From Octopus sinensis (taxonomy: Eukaryota), in NCBI RefSeq assembly GCF_006345805.1, contig NC_043025.1:16368001-16432000 (forward strand): DNA of 64,000 nucleotides. The letters run 5' to 3'. Below, piece by piece: positions 1-13,916 of this stretch. The first letter of the stretch is position 1. Every line of letters begins with the position of its first letter. Position numbers and translations under genes: made by a program. The notes beneath the pieces were generated by a model. The model was not told the origin of the DNA and did no database searches. It saw only the letters and a program-made list of their open reading frames with translations.

Positions 1-316
1 CTGGGAGCTGTTTCCACAGAGTTCCGACCATGTTTGAATTCACGATGCCAGCGTTTTACAAGGTCATATGATGGGGCATCATCAACATAAGTTACTTTCA
101 TTTCATCAAAAGTCTCCCGTGGTGTGCGTCCTTTCAAATACAAAAACCGGATCACTGCTCGAAACTCAACAGGCTCCATTTAACACTTGACTCGGTTCAA
201 ACACGTGTAAATCAGAAACCACAATTAATTCAGAGCTGTAATTTGCCACTTACTCTATAGAGCTAGATCAAACAACTGCAAGTGGGTCAGAGGCATTACT
301 TATTGAACGTCCCTCG
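1..316 (-). mobile_element. Mariner transposon, 5' end (TIR plus open transposase N-terminus from ATG at 179 to the window edge)
   Basis: TA + CGAGGGACGTTCAATAAG terminus; MEPVEFRAVIRFLYLKGRTPRETFDEMKVTYVDDAPSYDLVKRWHREFKHGRNSVETAP resembles the Himar1-type HTH. Confidence 0.88.
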
Positions 317-717
317 TATACATGAGTGTCTTGATATGCAATTATATGCATGAGAAGACATACATAAAACCTAACTTACAAATCTGCACGTATATATACA
401 TACGTACGTACATACACACATGCATTCAAATACATACACACATACATATATGCATATATGTGCATGTATATGCGTATGTATATGTGTGTGCATGTGTGTA
501 TAGGTGTTTGCGTATATGTGTGTGTCTTTGTTCCCCCACGGCTTCACAACCAGTGTTGGTTTGTTTACATCCCTGTAACTTAGTGGTTTGGCATAACATA
601 TCGATAAACTATGTACCAGACTTGAAAGTGTAACTACTGGAGTTGATTTAATGACCAAAACCCTTGAAAGGGCCGCGCTGCTCGAACTTAGAACATCCTT
701 CTCTTTCTTTTCGACAG

Positions 718-876
718 CAAAATGATGACGTGATCGAATTCATTGAGAAATCCGAATTAGGGGATTATCCGGGGCTGGTCCGTCTTTTCGAAAGGAACCC
801 AGATATTGACGTGAACAGCGTCGATGCCCTGGGGCGGAACGCCCTCACCCTTGCCATTAAGAACGAACATCTCGAG
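718..876 (+). CDS. TRPC: TRPC exon 1 in window (ankyrin repeat 1)
   Basis: ttcgacAG|QNDDVIEF...[19 protein letters not shown]|GTactg; phase 0/0. Confidence 0.9.
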
Positions 877-927
877 GTACTGTATTATTGTCATCGTCGT
901 CGTCGTCATCATCATCATCATCACCAC

Positions 928-981
<54 letters not shown>

Positions 982-1182
982 CTCCGGGCAAAATGCTTAG
1001 CGGTATTTCGTCCGTCCTTACGTTCCGAGTTCAAATTCCGCAGAGGTTGACTTTGCCTTTCATCCTTTCGGGGTCGAAAAATTAAGTACCAGTTGAACAC
1101 TGGGGTCTATGTGATCGATTTCCTCCCTCCCTCCCTCCAAATTTAAAGCCTTCTGTCTATACTAGAAAGGATTCTTCTTCTT

Positions 1183-1238
<56 letters not shown>

Positions 1239-1827
1239 TATTACCATTATTTCTGTTGATATTTTAACAGATCGTCGAATTCTTGCTCGACCGCACAAAA
1301 CTGGAAGACATCCAACAGGCGGCCCTTCTAGCCATCAACCTCGGCCACGTGCAGGTAGCCCAGGGGATCTTGACACACAGACGCTATCTCCAAATGTGGA
1401 ACCAACGCAAAAAAATCGGTGCCGACGAATACGATTTTTACCAAATGTCTTCCGATTCGGGTCTCCACTTCTCCGAAGAAACAACCCCCATAATCCTTGC
1501 TGCCCAGAAAAACATGTTCAAGGTCGTGCAATTGTTATTAGATCGTGGCGAATTCATACATATCCCGCATAAATATAATTGCCAGTGTACAGAATGCTTG
1601 AATCGGGTGAAGTTTGACCATTTGAGGGCGGCCAAAATCCGGCTCAACAGCTACAAAGGTTTGGCCAGTGAAGCCTATATATCTCTGTCCAGTAAGGACC
1701 CGATTCTCAGAGCTTTTACTTTGTCTAAGGAACTTCGCCATATGGCAGACATGCAGAAATTTTTTAAAGTAAGTCCGTTTCTGGTTTAGCACATAATCTC
1801 ACCATGACCACCACCACCACAACCACC

Positions 1828-1858
<31 letters not shown>

Positions 1859-2705
1859 TCAATACCCACGACAACATGATACCACCCCTACAAAACCACC
1901 ATCACTTTCCCCCCTACAACCACCACCACTGCCACCACCACCACCACCATCACCACCACTATCCCATCTCCACACACAATCTTCCTTTTCTTCTTTCTCT
2001 CTTCATTCCCTCTCTTCCTCGCTCCTTCACTCAACCCTCTTTCTATCCCCTCCTTCTTCTCCCCCTCTCTACTCATTCCCTCTCTTCCTCGCTCCTTCAC
2101 TCACCCCTCTTTCTCTCTCCCACACCGGTCTGTATCCTCCCTCTCTTCAACCCCACCTCTTTCTATCCATTCCTTTTTCTCCCCCTCTCTACTCATTCCC
2201 TCTCCACCAACATAAACTATGCCCATTGCCCATTGCCCCTCCGACCCGTCCTAGATCTCCTAATCCCAGCCGCAATTCCATCCTTAACCCAAATGTCCTC
2301 CTATCCTTACAGAAAGACTACAATGAGTTGGCTGCCAGGCTCAGTAACTTCGTGGTTCTGTTGCTCGACCAGATACAAACACAGGAGGAACTTGAACTGA
2401 TTGTCAACAAAGTTGGCAAAAGTGAAGAGGAACTTTACGAACAGTTTGGTCGCTTGAAGCTGGCGCTTCGCTTTGGCGAGAAAAAGGTAAGGATTTCCCT
2501 CAGAGTGGGGCTGGTGCCTGGTGGTTGTTTTAAGAACCTTACCGTTGTAGTGATATGTGTTCACATATATGAATGCATATATTGCAGAATCTTTGATGAA
2601 CCGCAAAGTTTTGTGGACATAAACATACCAACTTCGGTTGTCAAGCGATGGTGTGGGCACAAACACTGACACAAAGAATTACACATTAATAAATATACAC
2701 ACACA

Positions 2706-2741
<36 letters not shown>

Positions 2742-2781
2742 TGTATGTATGTATGTATATATATATGTATATATATATATA

Positions 2782-2820
<39 letters not shown>

Positions 2821-3013
2821 CGGGAAGGTTTACGAAAATAAACAAAAGACAAAGGCACGTGGAGTACAAACAAACAATTGTATTAGTATGGCGCTCAGGA
2901 ATAGAAATAAAACAAGTCTTTTACGTTTCGAGCCTACGCTCTTCAACAGAAAGATACACAGAAAAGAAACAAGGCGAGAAAAAATGCGTGTAGGAGCAAA
3001 CGATCCAACATGG

Positions 3014-3053
<40 letters not shown>

Positions 3054-3261
3054 TCTTTTACTTGTTTCAGTCTTTTGACTGCGGCCATGCTGGAGCACCG
3101 CCTTTAGTCGAGCAACTCGACCCCGGGACTTATTCTTTGTAAACCCAGTACTTATTCTATCGGTCTATTTTGCCGAATCGCTAAGTGACGGGGACATAAA
3201 CACACCAGCATCGGTTGTCAAGCAATGCTAGGGGACAAACACAGACACCCAAACATACACG

Positions 3262-3298
<37 letters not shown>

Positions 3299-6200
3299 GA
3301 ATATATATATATATATATATTATTTATCTAGTTTCAGCTCACAAGCCGTGGCCATGCTGGGGCACCGCCATTTGGTGTTGCTACATGGTTTTACTTCACG
3401 AGTGCTTTTTAGCAATTGCCATTTGGTGCATGAGAGAGTTCGATGCAGCTGCCCTCATCTGCACCTCCTGCCGTGAAGATGGTTCATCTGGGACACTTGA
3501 CAGGAAGAGATCCAGTCCTACTTTAAAGACATCTGCATTCACCCCATGCAGGTCTTTCAGGTTATTCGGGAGGATATTGAAGAGCTGTGGGCCTCTGAAG
3601 CCCAGGCTATCACAGAATCTTGTCCTACATCTTGATGGCAAATTTGGAGTCCTTGGCTCTATGCAGTGGCGCCCATTTCTTGCATTTGTGTAACTCTCGA
3701 TGCCAAAGTTTGGGACAAGTCCCTCCAGGATCTTCCAGATGTATATTATGGCATATCTTTCTCGCCTACGCTCTAAGGAATAGAGTCTCAATCTCTTGAG
3801 TCTTTCCCAATAGCATATATACTACACAGAGGTTATCTTCTTCGTGTAGCTTCGTTGGATCGCCTCAAGTTCTGTGATTAACTTGACACTGGATGGTGAC
3901 CATAGCTGAGAGCAATAGTCAAAGTGGCTTAGGACAAGTGTCCTCCAAAGGACCATCATGGTTTCCTGATCTCTTGTTCTGAAGGTTCTAAGAATCCATC
4001 CGGTCAGCCACCTACATTTCATTGCATATTTAGCAACATGCACATGAAAGATTGCATCATCACTCATGTAAATACCCAGGTCTCGCACTGATTGTGCCTC
4101 TGGGATTGCAGTCCCTCTAGATCCAGTGTATTTATTGGGTATTGCATTTAGTTTTGCGTGCTGATAGCATAGAGCTTGAAACTTTTCAGCATTGAACTGC
4201 ATGCTATTCTTTTCAGCACACTTGTATATTTTGTCCAGCTCACATTGCAGGTGCTTCATGTCTTCAGGGTTCTGTATTGCCTGTGAAACGTTTGTATCAT
4301 TTGCATAACTTGTGATTGTGGCTCTCTGCGTGACTGAGGGCATGTCTGAGAGGGCCATTATGAACAGTAGTGGTCCCAAAACAGTGCCTTGCGGAACACC
4401 GATCACTATTTGCATGTTAATACTACCACCTGACTTCTATCCTTCAGAAAGTCATGAAACCATTCTCCCAATTTTCCAACTATGCCAAGATCACGCAGTT
4501 TGTGACATAGCATTCCGTGATCGACTTTATCAAAGGCCTTTGCAAAGTCGAGATATATCACTTCCACATTTGAGTGGTTGAGCAGTCGTTCCAGCACCCA
4601 GTCATAGTGTTGTAGGAGCTAAGTTAAGCAGCTTCTTCCTGATCGGAAACCATGTTGGGTGTCCGGCAGCGAGTCATTTTCTTCAAGGAAGGTGATTAGT
4701 TTCCTTCTGACTATTCGTTCCATGACCTTGCTGATGTGTGAGGTCAGAGAGATAGGTCTGTAGTTCTTGGCCTCCGCTCTGTTACCTCCTTTATGAATGG
4801 GGCATATTTTACCTTCCTTCAGTTTTCTTGGAAGTTTGCCAGTTGCAAGGAAGCTCTGAAAGAGGAACTGCAATGGTCTTGCTAGGACTCTCTTACATAC
4901 TTTTAGAAGGATTGCGGGGAATCCATCGGGGCCAGTAGCTGAGTTTGTTTTCATTTCATCTATAGCCTTTATTACATCGTCTTCCTTTATATTGATGTAA
5001 TCAATCATCGCTGCCTCTGATTTTATATCTGCAGTGGTAAAGAAGTCAGTTGGATTGCTGACTTGAAAATGCTCTAGGGGTGGCGTGAAAATACTCTTGA
5101 ATTGCTCATTTAGTATTTCACTTACCCTCATTGGATTTCCTGTGAGTGTGCCATCCTTTTCAAGGAGTGGCCCTATCCTACAGTGCACCGTAGCTGTTTC
5201 TTTGGCATACCTGTAGAAAGCTCTGGGGTTAGATTTTATGTTGTCTATAGCCAAGGCTTCTTTGTCTGCTCTTTCTTTTTCATGGGAGAGTTGCAGACAT
5301 TTTTCAATTTCCAACAGTTTTATTTTCAGGCGGGACTTTTCACTGCTTTCAATTTGTTTGTTTAGACAATTTGAGATTTTTGTACGCCGTCTCATTAAAA
5401 TTTTCCTCTTTCTGGGGATTTTGTTCTTGTGTACAGTGGCCTTTCTCTCTGGGACACATTTGTAGCATATGGCTTGCATTACAGACATGAATTGTTGAAG
5501 TTTCATGTCGATGTCTGGCGAGGAGAGACATTCAGGCCAGTTTTGTTTGAGGATCTCTTTCTCAATTTGTTTCCAGTTTGCCTTATGGAAGTTCAAGCAG
5601 GAAAGATTCTGAGAGTTTCTTGTAGGCTGCATGTCCATGCTTTCCTTTGGCCCGTATATACACATATACGACGGGCTTCTTTCAGTTTCCGTCAACCAAA
5701 TCCACTCACAAGGCTTTGGTAGGCCCAAGGATACAGTAGAAGACACTTGCCCAAGGTGCCACGCAGTGGGACTGAACCCGGAACCATGTGGTTGGTAAAC
5801 AAACTACTTACCACACAGCCAATCGTGATGCACCCTCGTGCATTAAATACGGTGATGTACCCCTGAAATGGCCATAGAGAATGTAAATATGGTTTCTTTT
5901 TGCTTGGACACTGGCTTTTAACAATAGGTTTCTCTTACCTTGAAAAGTACTTTTTAGTCGAAAAAATTTCTAAACGATGAACTTTTATCTTACCTTATAT
6001 ATTATTTATTTATATACTTCCTATATATATGTATTTATATATCTGTATATTTATATATTTCTTTATATTTTTATGTATTTATTATTCTAGATGTTGTTAT
6101 GTTAAAAAAAATATATTTTTTAGTCGCTAAATTATTAATCATTAACTTTTAACCGCGATGGACTGTATTCACACATTTTTCTTCTATTTTTCTTATATGC

Positions 6201-6424
6201 TTGTATTGATGAGTTGTGCTTCATCTTCTGTATATTCTATGTGAAAGAAAAAGCATCATGTGATTAAATGTTTGAGATATGAAATGTTACGTGGATGACC
6301 CTGTATTTGTTATGTTCTGCAACCATAGTTTAATATATTTCTCTCATTCAATTGAGCACTTCTATAGCAGTCCTATTAAACATTTTGTTCCTGATAAGAA
6401 ACAATCACTTTATTATTAATATAT

Positions 6425-6458
<34 letters not shown>

Positions 6459-6572
6459 ATATTAATTAGAGATTGTCTCTAATTAATATTATATTATATT
6501 TTACTATAAAATTGGATTCAATCCTAAATCTGATTTTTCCCTGTAAATTTGGATTTATTCCCTAATATTTAT

Positions 6573-6606
<34 letters not shown>

Positions 6607-9600
6607 AATAATATTAATTAATTTAGAAATAATCATTAATTTCACCAAGTAGAGTTCGGCATGTAAAAGCCCCGTTCAAGGAAGGTTTAAGTAATACTAA
6701 GTAATTTAAGGGTTTAGCAACGATTTGCCTCACCACACACCGAATTTAGAAATAGCAGTCAAAAAGTTTTGGCTATTCTTTCTACTTAAAAGGGGGATCC
6801 CAGTAAAACCAAAGCACTTAAAAAGCAAATGACGCAGGCAAAAGAGAAAGAAATGACGAAAATCATTCTATATTAAGGCACCTACGGACCTACGTTTCGG
6901 AATTAAGTCATTGCAGAGCATAAAAATTAAATAATTATGTCTTACCTGACTATTTTCCTCCTCAGCGTAGGACTCTTCAATTATAAATAATTGCGTCTCA
7001 ATTATTAATAATTGTGTATTAAATTTGAAGGCACTAGAAGACATCACCTCAACTCATGGTATCAGAGCGAGCGTAAGCCATTACCAGTACCACCAAATTC
7101 AAAGGGTGAATGAAAGTGAGTCACCGTGCTGCCAAAATAAGATGCTACAGTTTTTTTTACTGGGATGAAATACAATTATCAATAATAAAGGGTGAAATTA
7201 ATTAATTTAGAAATAATCATTAATTTCACCAAGTAGAGTTCGCCATGTAAAAGCCCCATTGAAGGAAGGTTTAAGTAATACTAAGTAATTAAGGGTTTAG
7301 CAACGATTTGCCTCACCACACAGTAAAAATTCTGTAGCATCTTATTTTGGCAGCACGCTGGCGGAAGGGGGACGGTGACTCGCTTTCATTCACCCTTTGA
7401 ATTTGGTGGTACTGGTAATGGCTTACGCTCGCTCTGATACCATGAGTTGAGGGGATGTCTTCTAGTGCCTTCAAATTTAATACACAATTATTAATAATTG
7501 AGACGCAATTATTTATAATTGAAGAGTCCTACGCTGAGGAGGAAAATAGTCAGGTAAGACATAATTATTTAATTTTTATGCTCTGCAATGACTTAATTCC
7601 GGAACGTAGGTCCGTAGGTGACTTAATATAGAATGATTTTCGTCATTTCTTTCTCTTTTGCCTGCGTCGTTTGCTTTTTAAGTGCTTTGGTTTTACTGGG
7701 ATCCCCCTTTTAAGTAGAAAGAATAGCCAAAACTTTTTGACTGCTATTTCTAAATTCGGTGTGTGGTGAGGCTAATCGTTGCTAAACCCTTAATTACTTA
7801 GTGTATATATATATATATGCCATCCAAAACCCTACAGGAAGAAGAAATACCGAAGGCACCCAAGAACTTGTAAATTTTACCTGCAGAGCAAATGTTGGCA
7901 TGGGGATGACGGCAAAAACTGCCGGTTTGCCCACCCGACACCCTGCCAGATCTACAGGGGCCTTAAAGAGAAAAACTTTACTGAGGAAAAGCAAGAAATG
8001 TCTCCCAGGAAAACATTCAGAAAAAAAGTGTGCTCTTCGGATGCTCTGCGCAACGCAGCAGCTGAGCAAGAGTCTTTTTTGTGCATGGCGCAAAGGATTG
8101 TCCAGCAGCTGACCTGGCTACGCCAAGCACAGAGAAGGAACCCTGCCCACCACTATGCAAGACCACCACAGTCAACAGACACGGGATGGCCTCCCCTAAC
8201 GCCTGCACAGCCGTCACCCCAATACTTTTACTAAATATTGGGGGCCTGTTGCATCAAAATAGAAACAAAATTTCTTTCCTGAGAGATCTTACTGCATGCA
8301 ATCAAGCCCTATGCATAGCACTTGTGGAAACTCACCTCAACCTTGATATAGAGGACGCAGAAGTACACATACCAAACTATGCCATACTGCGAACAGACAG
8401 AAGGGAAAGGAGCCATGGTGGAGTTGCTGTATACATCCGAGATGACCTCACACCCCAGGTCTTGATGACATACTCAATTTCGGTATGTGACACCTTAATT
8501 GTATACATAAGACAACATAATATAGCCATATGCAATACATATTGCCCACCGGATGCCCCAAATCACATAGGCAAGTTTGAAGATTGCCTCACAAGAATTA
8601 AAGAAATCCTCATGAATCTGGAACACCACGTGACCATATTTCTTATGGGGGATTTCAACTTCCCCAACGTCAAATGACCCGAAGGTCACATACTCTCAGG
8701 AATGAACCATTGCAAGCAAGTACAGGAGGAGTCCCTGCTCAACCTCACCAATGCCTTATTCATGGAGCAAGTTGTACTTAAACCAACTAGGGCGAATAAC
8801 ATTCTGGATCTCTGCTTCACGAACAATATGGACATCATTCATGATGTGAAAGTGACACCGACATCAGTTTCGGATCAAACATAATAGAGCTGTCTATGTT
8901 TGGGCCGAAAGTAACCAGAGACATACAGCCTAAAGGAAGCACCCGAAATCTCTCCAATCTGAACTTCCACAAAGCAGATTGGAAATCGATCCAAAAAGAG
9001 ATCCTCAGAGAGGACTGGCCGAAATGTCTCTCCACACCAGACATTGACATGAAACTAGAATGTTTCATGTCTTCTGTGCAAGCCATATGCCAGAAATATG
9101 TCCCAGAGGACAAGGCCAAAACAAATAGGAGCAAGATTCCAAGAGACAGGAAGATCCTCATGAGACGACGGACGAAGGTTGCAAATCGTCTCATCCAACA
9201 TCCCAAAAGTAGCGAAACGTCCCGCCTAAAAACAACACTGATGGAGATCGAAAAAAGGCTGCAACAATCCTATGTGAAGGAGAAAGCAGACAAAGAAGCC
9301 TGGGTTATAAAAAGGCTTTCTTTCGTTACGCGAAAGAAACGGCCCAAGGTTATAGTTGAAGACACAAGGTGCTACGCAGTGAGACTGAACCCAGAACAGT
9401 GTTGTTGGGAAGTAAGCTTCTAACTGCACAGCCACGCCTGTGTCTATGTACACACACACACACACAGATTTGTTTAATTAGTATTCAATACTTAGTGGTC
9501 TTTTGGGTGGGGAAGGAAAGGAATTTTTGTATTTGAATTAGTCAAGGATTTTTATTGAAAAACCAGATGTTTTTTACTTTCTTCAGTAAAAATTACAATT

Positions 9601-12035
9601 GCATTTCCAGGTCTTGTTTTTTATTCGTTTGTAAAATTAAAGAATTGATGTATTGATTTTTTTTTATTGAAATTCTAGATGTTTTTGAAGGAGTGATTTT
9701 TTAGTATACTATACACACACACACACACAGAGCAATTATATATATATATATACATCCTCAAAGACATCTAAATATGTACATGTTCATATTTATACACACA
9801 TACACACACCACATATGCATAAGTGCACATTATGATTTTTTAAAAATTAATTAATATAATTAAAGATTAATCTCTGTGGCTAAATAAATTTGGAAAGTTT
9901 TGCTCATTTCACTCACTGCTCTTTTTCATTTTTGTCCGAGTCTTTCAGACGGCAAAATGGAATTTTAAGAAAGCAATACACATCGCTGTCACAATTATAT
10001 TTCCAAATCCATATTTTTCTGGTTGGTTGTTTTGTTTTCAATATATTTTAAAGCTCCAACCTAGAATATTCTGAAGGAGAAAGAGAGCCAAATACAGAAG
10101 GGGGAAAGCAGCAGTTCTTAAAGAATTTCGGAATCTGGAGTGTTTTGCAAAGTCCCTCAACAATGTGGCAAAAAGGTTTTAGCAATGGTTGAGGTCATCT
10201 TTGACATATATTCAATCAAATTCCCTTCACATATTCCCAAATGTTTCCTTTTCTTCATCCGTTTAATTTTGGTGAGAACTTCTTTATGAAGTGTAGCTCC
10301 ATTGTTTTTCGGAAGTTTGGGTCGTTCCTTGAGCATTTGTAGAAGGAGAAAATCTTCAGTTTTCCTTCTCCACTTATTTCCAAATGTTTGCTCAGTGGAA
10401 TTTTCCAGAGTTCCTCTTGTTGGATGTGCTGTCTGTGGATTTTTGCGCATTGGCAAAGGGAATTATTAGTTCGCTAATATAATTCTCCTTGCATTTGGGG
10501 CACCTAATGCAGTATATGAGGTTTTGTGTCTTGCAGCTCATATTGTGCTGGGGGAGAACCTTCCCCGCCCCACCCTCCAGAAATGAAAATATATAACACT
10601 AGCAGTATCGCCCGCCGTTGCTCGGGTTTGTAAGGGAAATAACTATATAAGCATTTTTAGAGAGTTACTTCCCTTATAGATGCCAATTCGGGTTTTCTTA
10701 GCCATTTCTGTTTTGATGTCTTCAAGCCATGAAGTCGTTGTTCTAAAAGAACGCTGGTCTCCTTCACAACGCTTTACGACGTTGATTTCCTTACACTCCC
10801 TTCCCCACAGCTTCACGAGGGAGGGAAGAAGGGGGAGAAGCAAACAGGTGCAGCTGTGAGCGTGGACGCCAACTCCGCCGCCATCGACACACGAAAAATT
10901 ATGCATTAAAATGGAATAAAAAATGATGTTAAATTAATTTTTTAAATTGTAGACTCATCGTAGACGCGCGCTAATACCCAGACGGGCTCGATATGAATCA
11001 CGACTATAAGATACCCGAATTTGGTTAAACTGCACCGCAAAATGTGGGAGTAGTTAGGAATCTAAATCGAAGGGGACAAACACTCACACAACTACAGTTT
11101 TATATATATAGATTCTGCATTAAAATGAAATAAAAAATGATGTTAAATTATTTTTTAAATCGTAGACTCATTGTAGACGCGCGCTAATAGCCAGACGGGC
11201 TCGATATGAATCACGACTATAAGATACCCGAATTTGGTTAAACTGCACCGCAAAATGTGGGAGTAGTTAGGAATCTAAATCGAAGGGGACAGACACTCAC
11301 ACAACTACAGTTTTATATATATATAGATTATGCATTAAAATGGAATAAAAAATGATGTTAAATTATTTTTAAAATCGTAGACTCATTGTAGACGCGCGCT
11401 AATAGCCAGACGGGCTCGATATGAATCACGACTATAAGATACCCGAATTTGGTTAAACTGCACCGCAAAATGTGGGTGTAGTTAGTAATCTAAATCGAAG
11501 GGGACAGACACTCACACAACTACAGTTTTATATATATAGATCTCTTCCAAGATGCTATATGCTAGGATCGAACCAAAGATCACACGGTTGCAAACTCGGT
11601 TTCTTAATCATTCTGCAATTATCTGTTAATGCGCGAATGCATCCACACACTTATGAAACACACAGACGTTGGTTAATTGAGCATTTTGTTTAATTGAGAA
11701 TTATTTTAGGTTAATTTTATTTTGTTACGCGTCACAAATTGAAATTTTTAAAGTGTTTTTATGGCTTATTAACGCGGTTAGCTCGTGTGTGCATTCGTTT
11801 TCATGAAATACATTATGTTTGCATGTGTCTGTGTATATATACAGGCACGCATACACACATGCATAGATAAATAGATATACATACACACACACACATGTGT
11901 ATGTATGCATATATATATATATATATAATGTAATATATACACATATGTTACATTATTTACATTCGAAACTATCCGTCCAATGAAAATAATGTCCATAATT
12001 CCTCATCTCTAAAATATAGAACACTATATTATATA

Positions 12036-12100
<65 letters not shown>

Positions 12101-12106
12101 CTATAT

Positions 12107-12184
<78 letters not shown>

Positions 12185-12225
12185 TATACATAACTATATA
12201 TACATATACATATATATATATTACT

Positions 12226-12269
<44 letters not shown>

Positions 12270-12298
12270 GCGAGAGAGAGAGAGAAAGAGAGAGAGAA

Positions 12299-12335
<37 letters not shown>

Positions 12336-12782
12336 AAGGAGAGAGAGAATGAGTGAGAGTGACAAAGATAGATAGATAAAATAATAGATAGACGACAGGC
12401 TTCTTTCAGTTTCCGTCAACGAGATCCACTCACAAGGCTTTGGACGGCCTGGGGCTATGGTAGAAGAAACATGCCCAAGTTGCCACGCAGTGGGACTGAA
12501 CCCGGAACCATGTGGTTGGGAAGCAAGCTTCTTACCACACAGCCACGTGTTTGTTTCGCCTTGTCTTGATTGTCGTGAATGAACGTCCTTCGTTTTCGAT
12601 GGTCTGCAGAGGCAGGTCTGGCCCTGGGCTAAATAAGGCTTCGCTTGGAAGCGACCCGTCCAAACCTTACAAGCGAAGCGGGGGCGGGGGCGAACACGTG
12701 ATGTTACAACGATAAAGAAGATATGTATGTGTGTGTGTATGTGTGTGTTGTGTGTATGTGTATGTGTGTGTGTGTGTGTGTA

Positions 12783-12813
<31 letters not shown>

Positions 12814-12825
12814 GTGTGTGTGTGT

Positions 12826-12866
<41 letters not shown>

Positions 12867-13879
12867 TGTGTGTGTATGTGTGTGTATGTGTGTGTATGTG
12901 TGTGTGTATGTGTGTGTGTGTGTGTATGTGTGTATGTATGTTTGTGTGTATGTGTGTATATGTGTGTGTGTATGTGTGTGTATATGTGTGTGTGTATGTG
13001 TGTGTGTATGTGTGTGTGTATGTGTATGTGTGCGTGTGTGTGTCCGAGCGCATAATTATAATCACTGTCGTCATGTTTTCACGTTACCAGCACCGCCGCC
13101 GCCACCGTCATCCCCCCACCCGACCCTATGATACCCCACTCAGTCTGATTACTTTAATTACCGTCATCACAACCATCTTTTAATTAGCGTTTATTTACAT
13201 CAAAGCTTTCCTCTCATTGTCTACCACCACCACCGCCACCACCATATATATATATAATATATTATATATATATATATATATATATTATATATCTATATAT
13301 ATATTATATATACATATATATATATATATCATATATTATATGTATATATAATATATAATATGTATGTATAATATATAATATGTATATATAATATATGTAT
13401 ATATATATATACATATAATATATAACATATAATATATGTATATATATAATATATATATATACATACATATATATATATATATAACATATAATATATGTAA
13501 TATATATATATATATACATATATATATTGTATATATATATATATTATATATATATACATATATTATATGTTATATATATATATAAAGCGTGTGTGTGTGT
13601 GCCAGGGATTAAGGTCTTTCATCTCCAGATAATCCGTAGCATTTAATCCTCGCCATGATTGTGTCGGTGGTGGTGGTGGTGGTGGTGGTGTCACAGCGAT
13701 CTTCTGCTGCACAGTAATCGCCGGGTGTGGTGGTGGTGGGGGGGGGCGACTGAGTTCTATTCTTCGGGTATTCGCTGCACACACGCACGCATACGTGCGT
13801 ACATACATAGACGCAAACACATACGCACACATACACACAGATAGGCACGTGAATGCGACATATGCATAGTACACACTTG

Positions 13880-13916
<37 letters not shown>

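Noticed and set aside
877-1050. Poly-His extension of the first TRPC exon
   Set aside because: (CAT)n plus a SINE after a good GT donor; the spliced frame continues at 1271.
8675-8677. In-frame TGA in LINE ORF2 as selenocysteine or read-through
   Set aside because: Likely TGG to TGA; the copy also has a frameshift and truncation.
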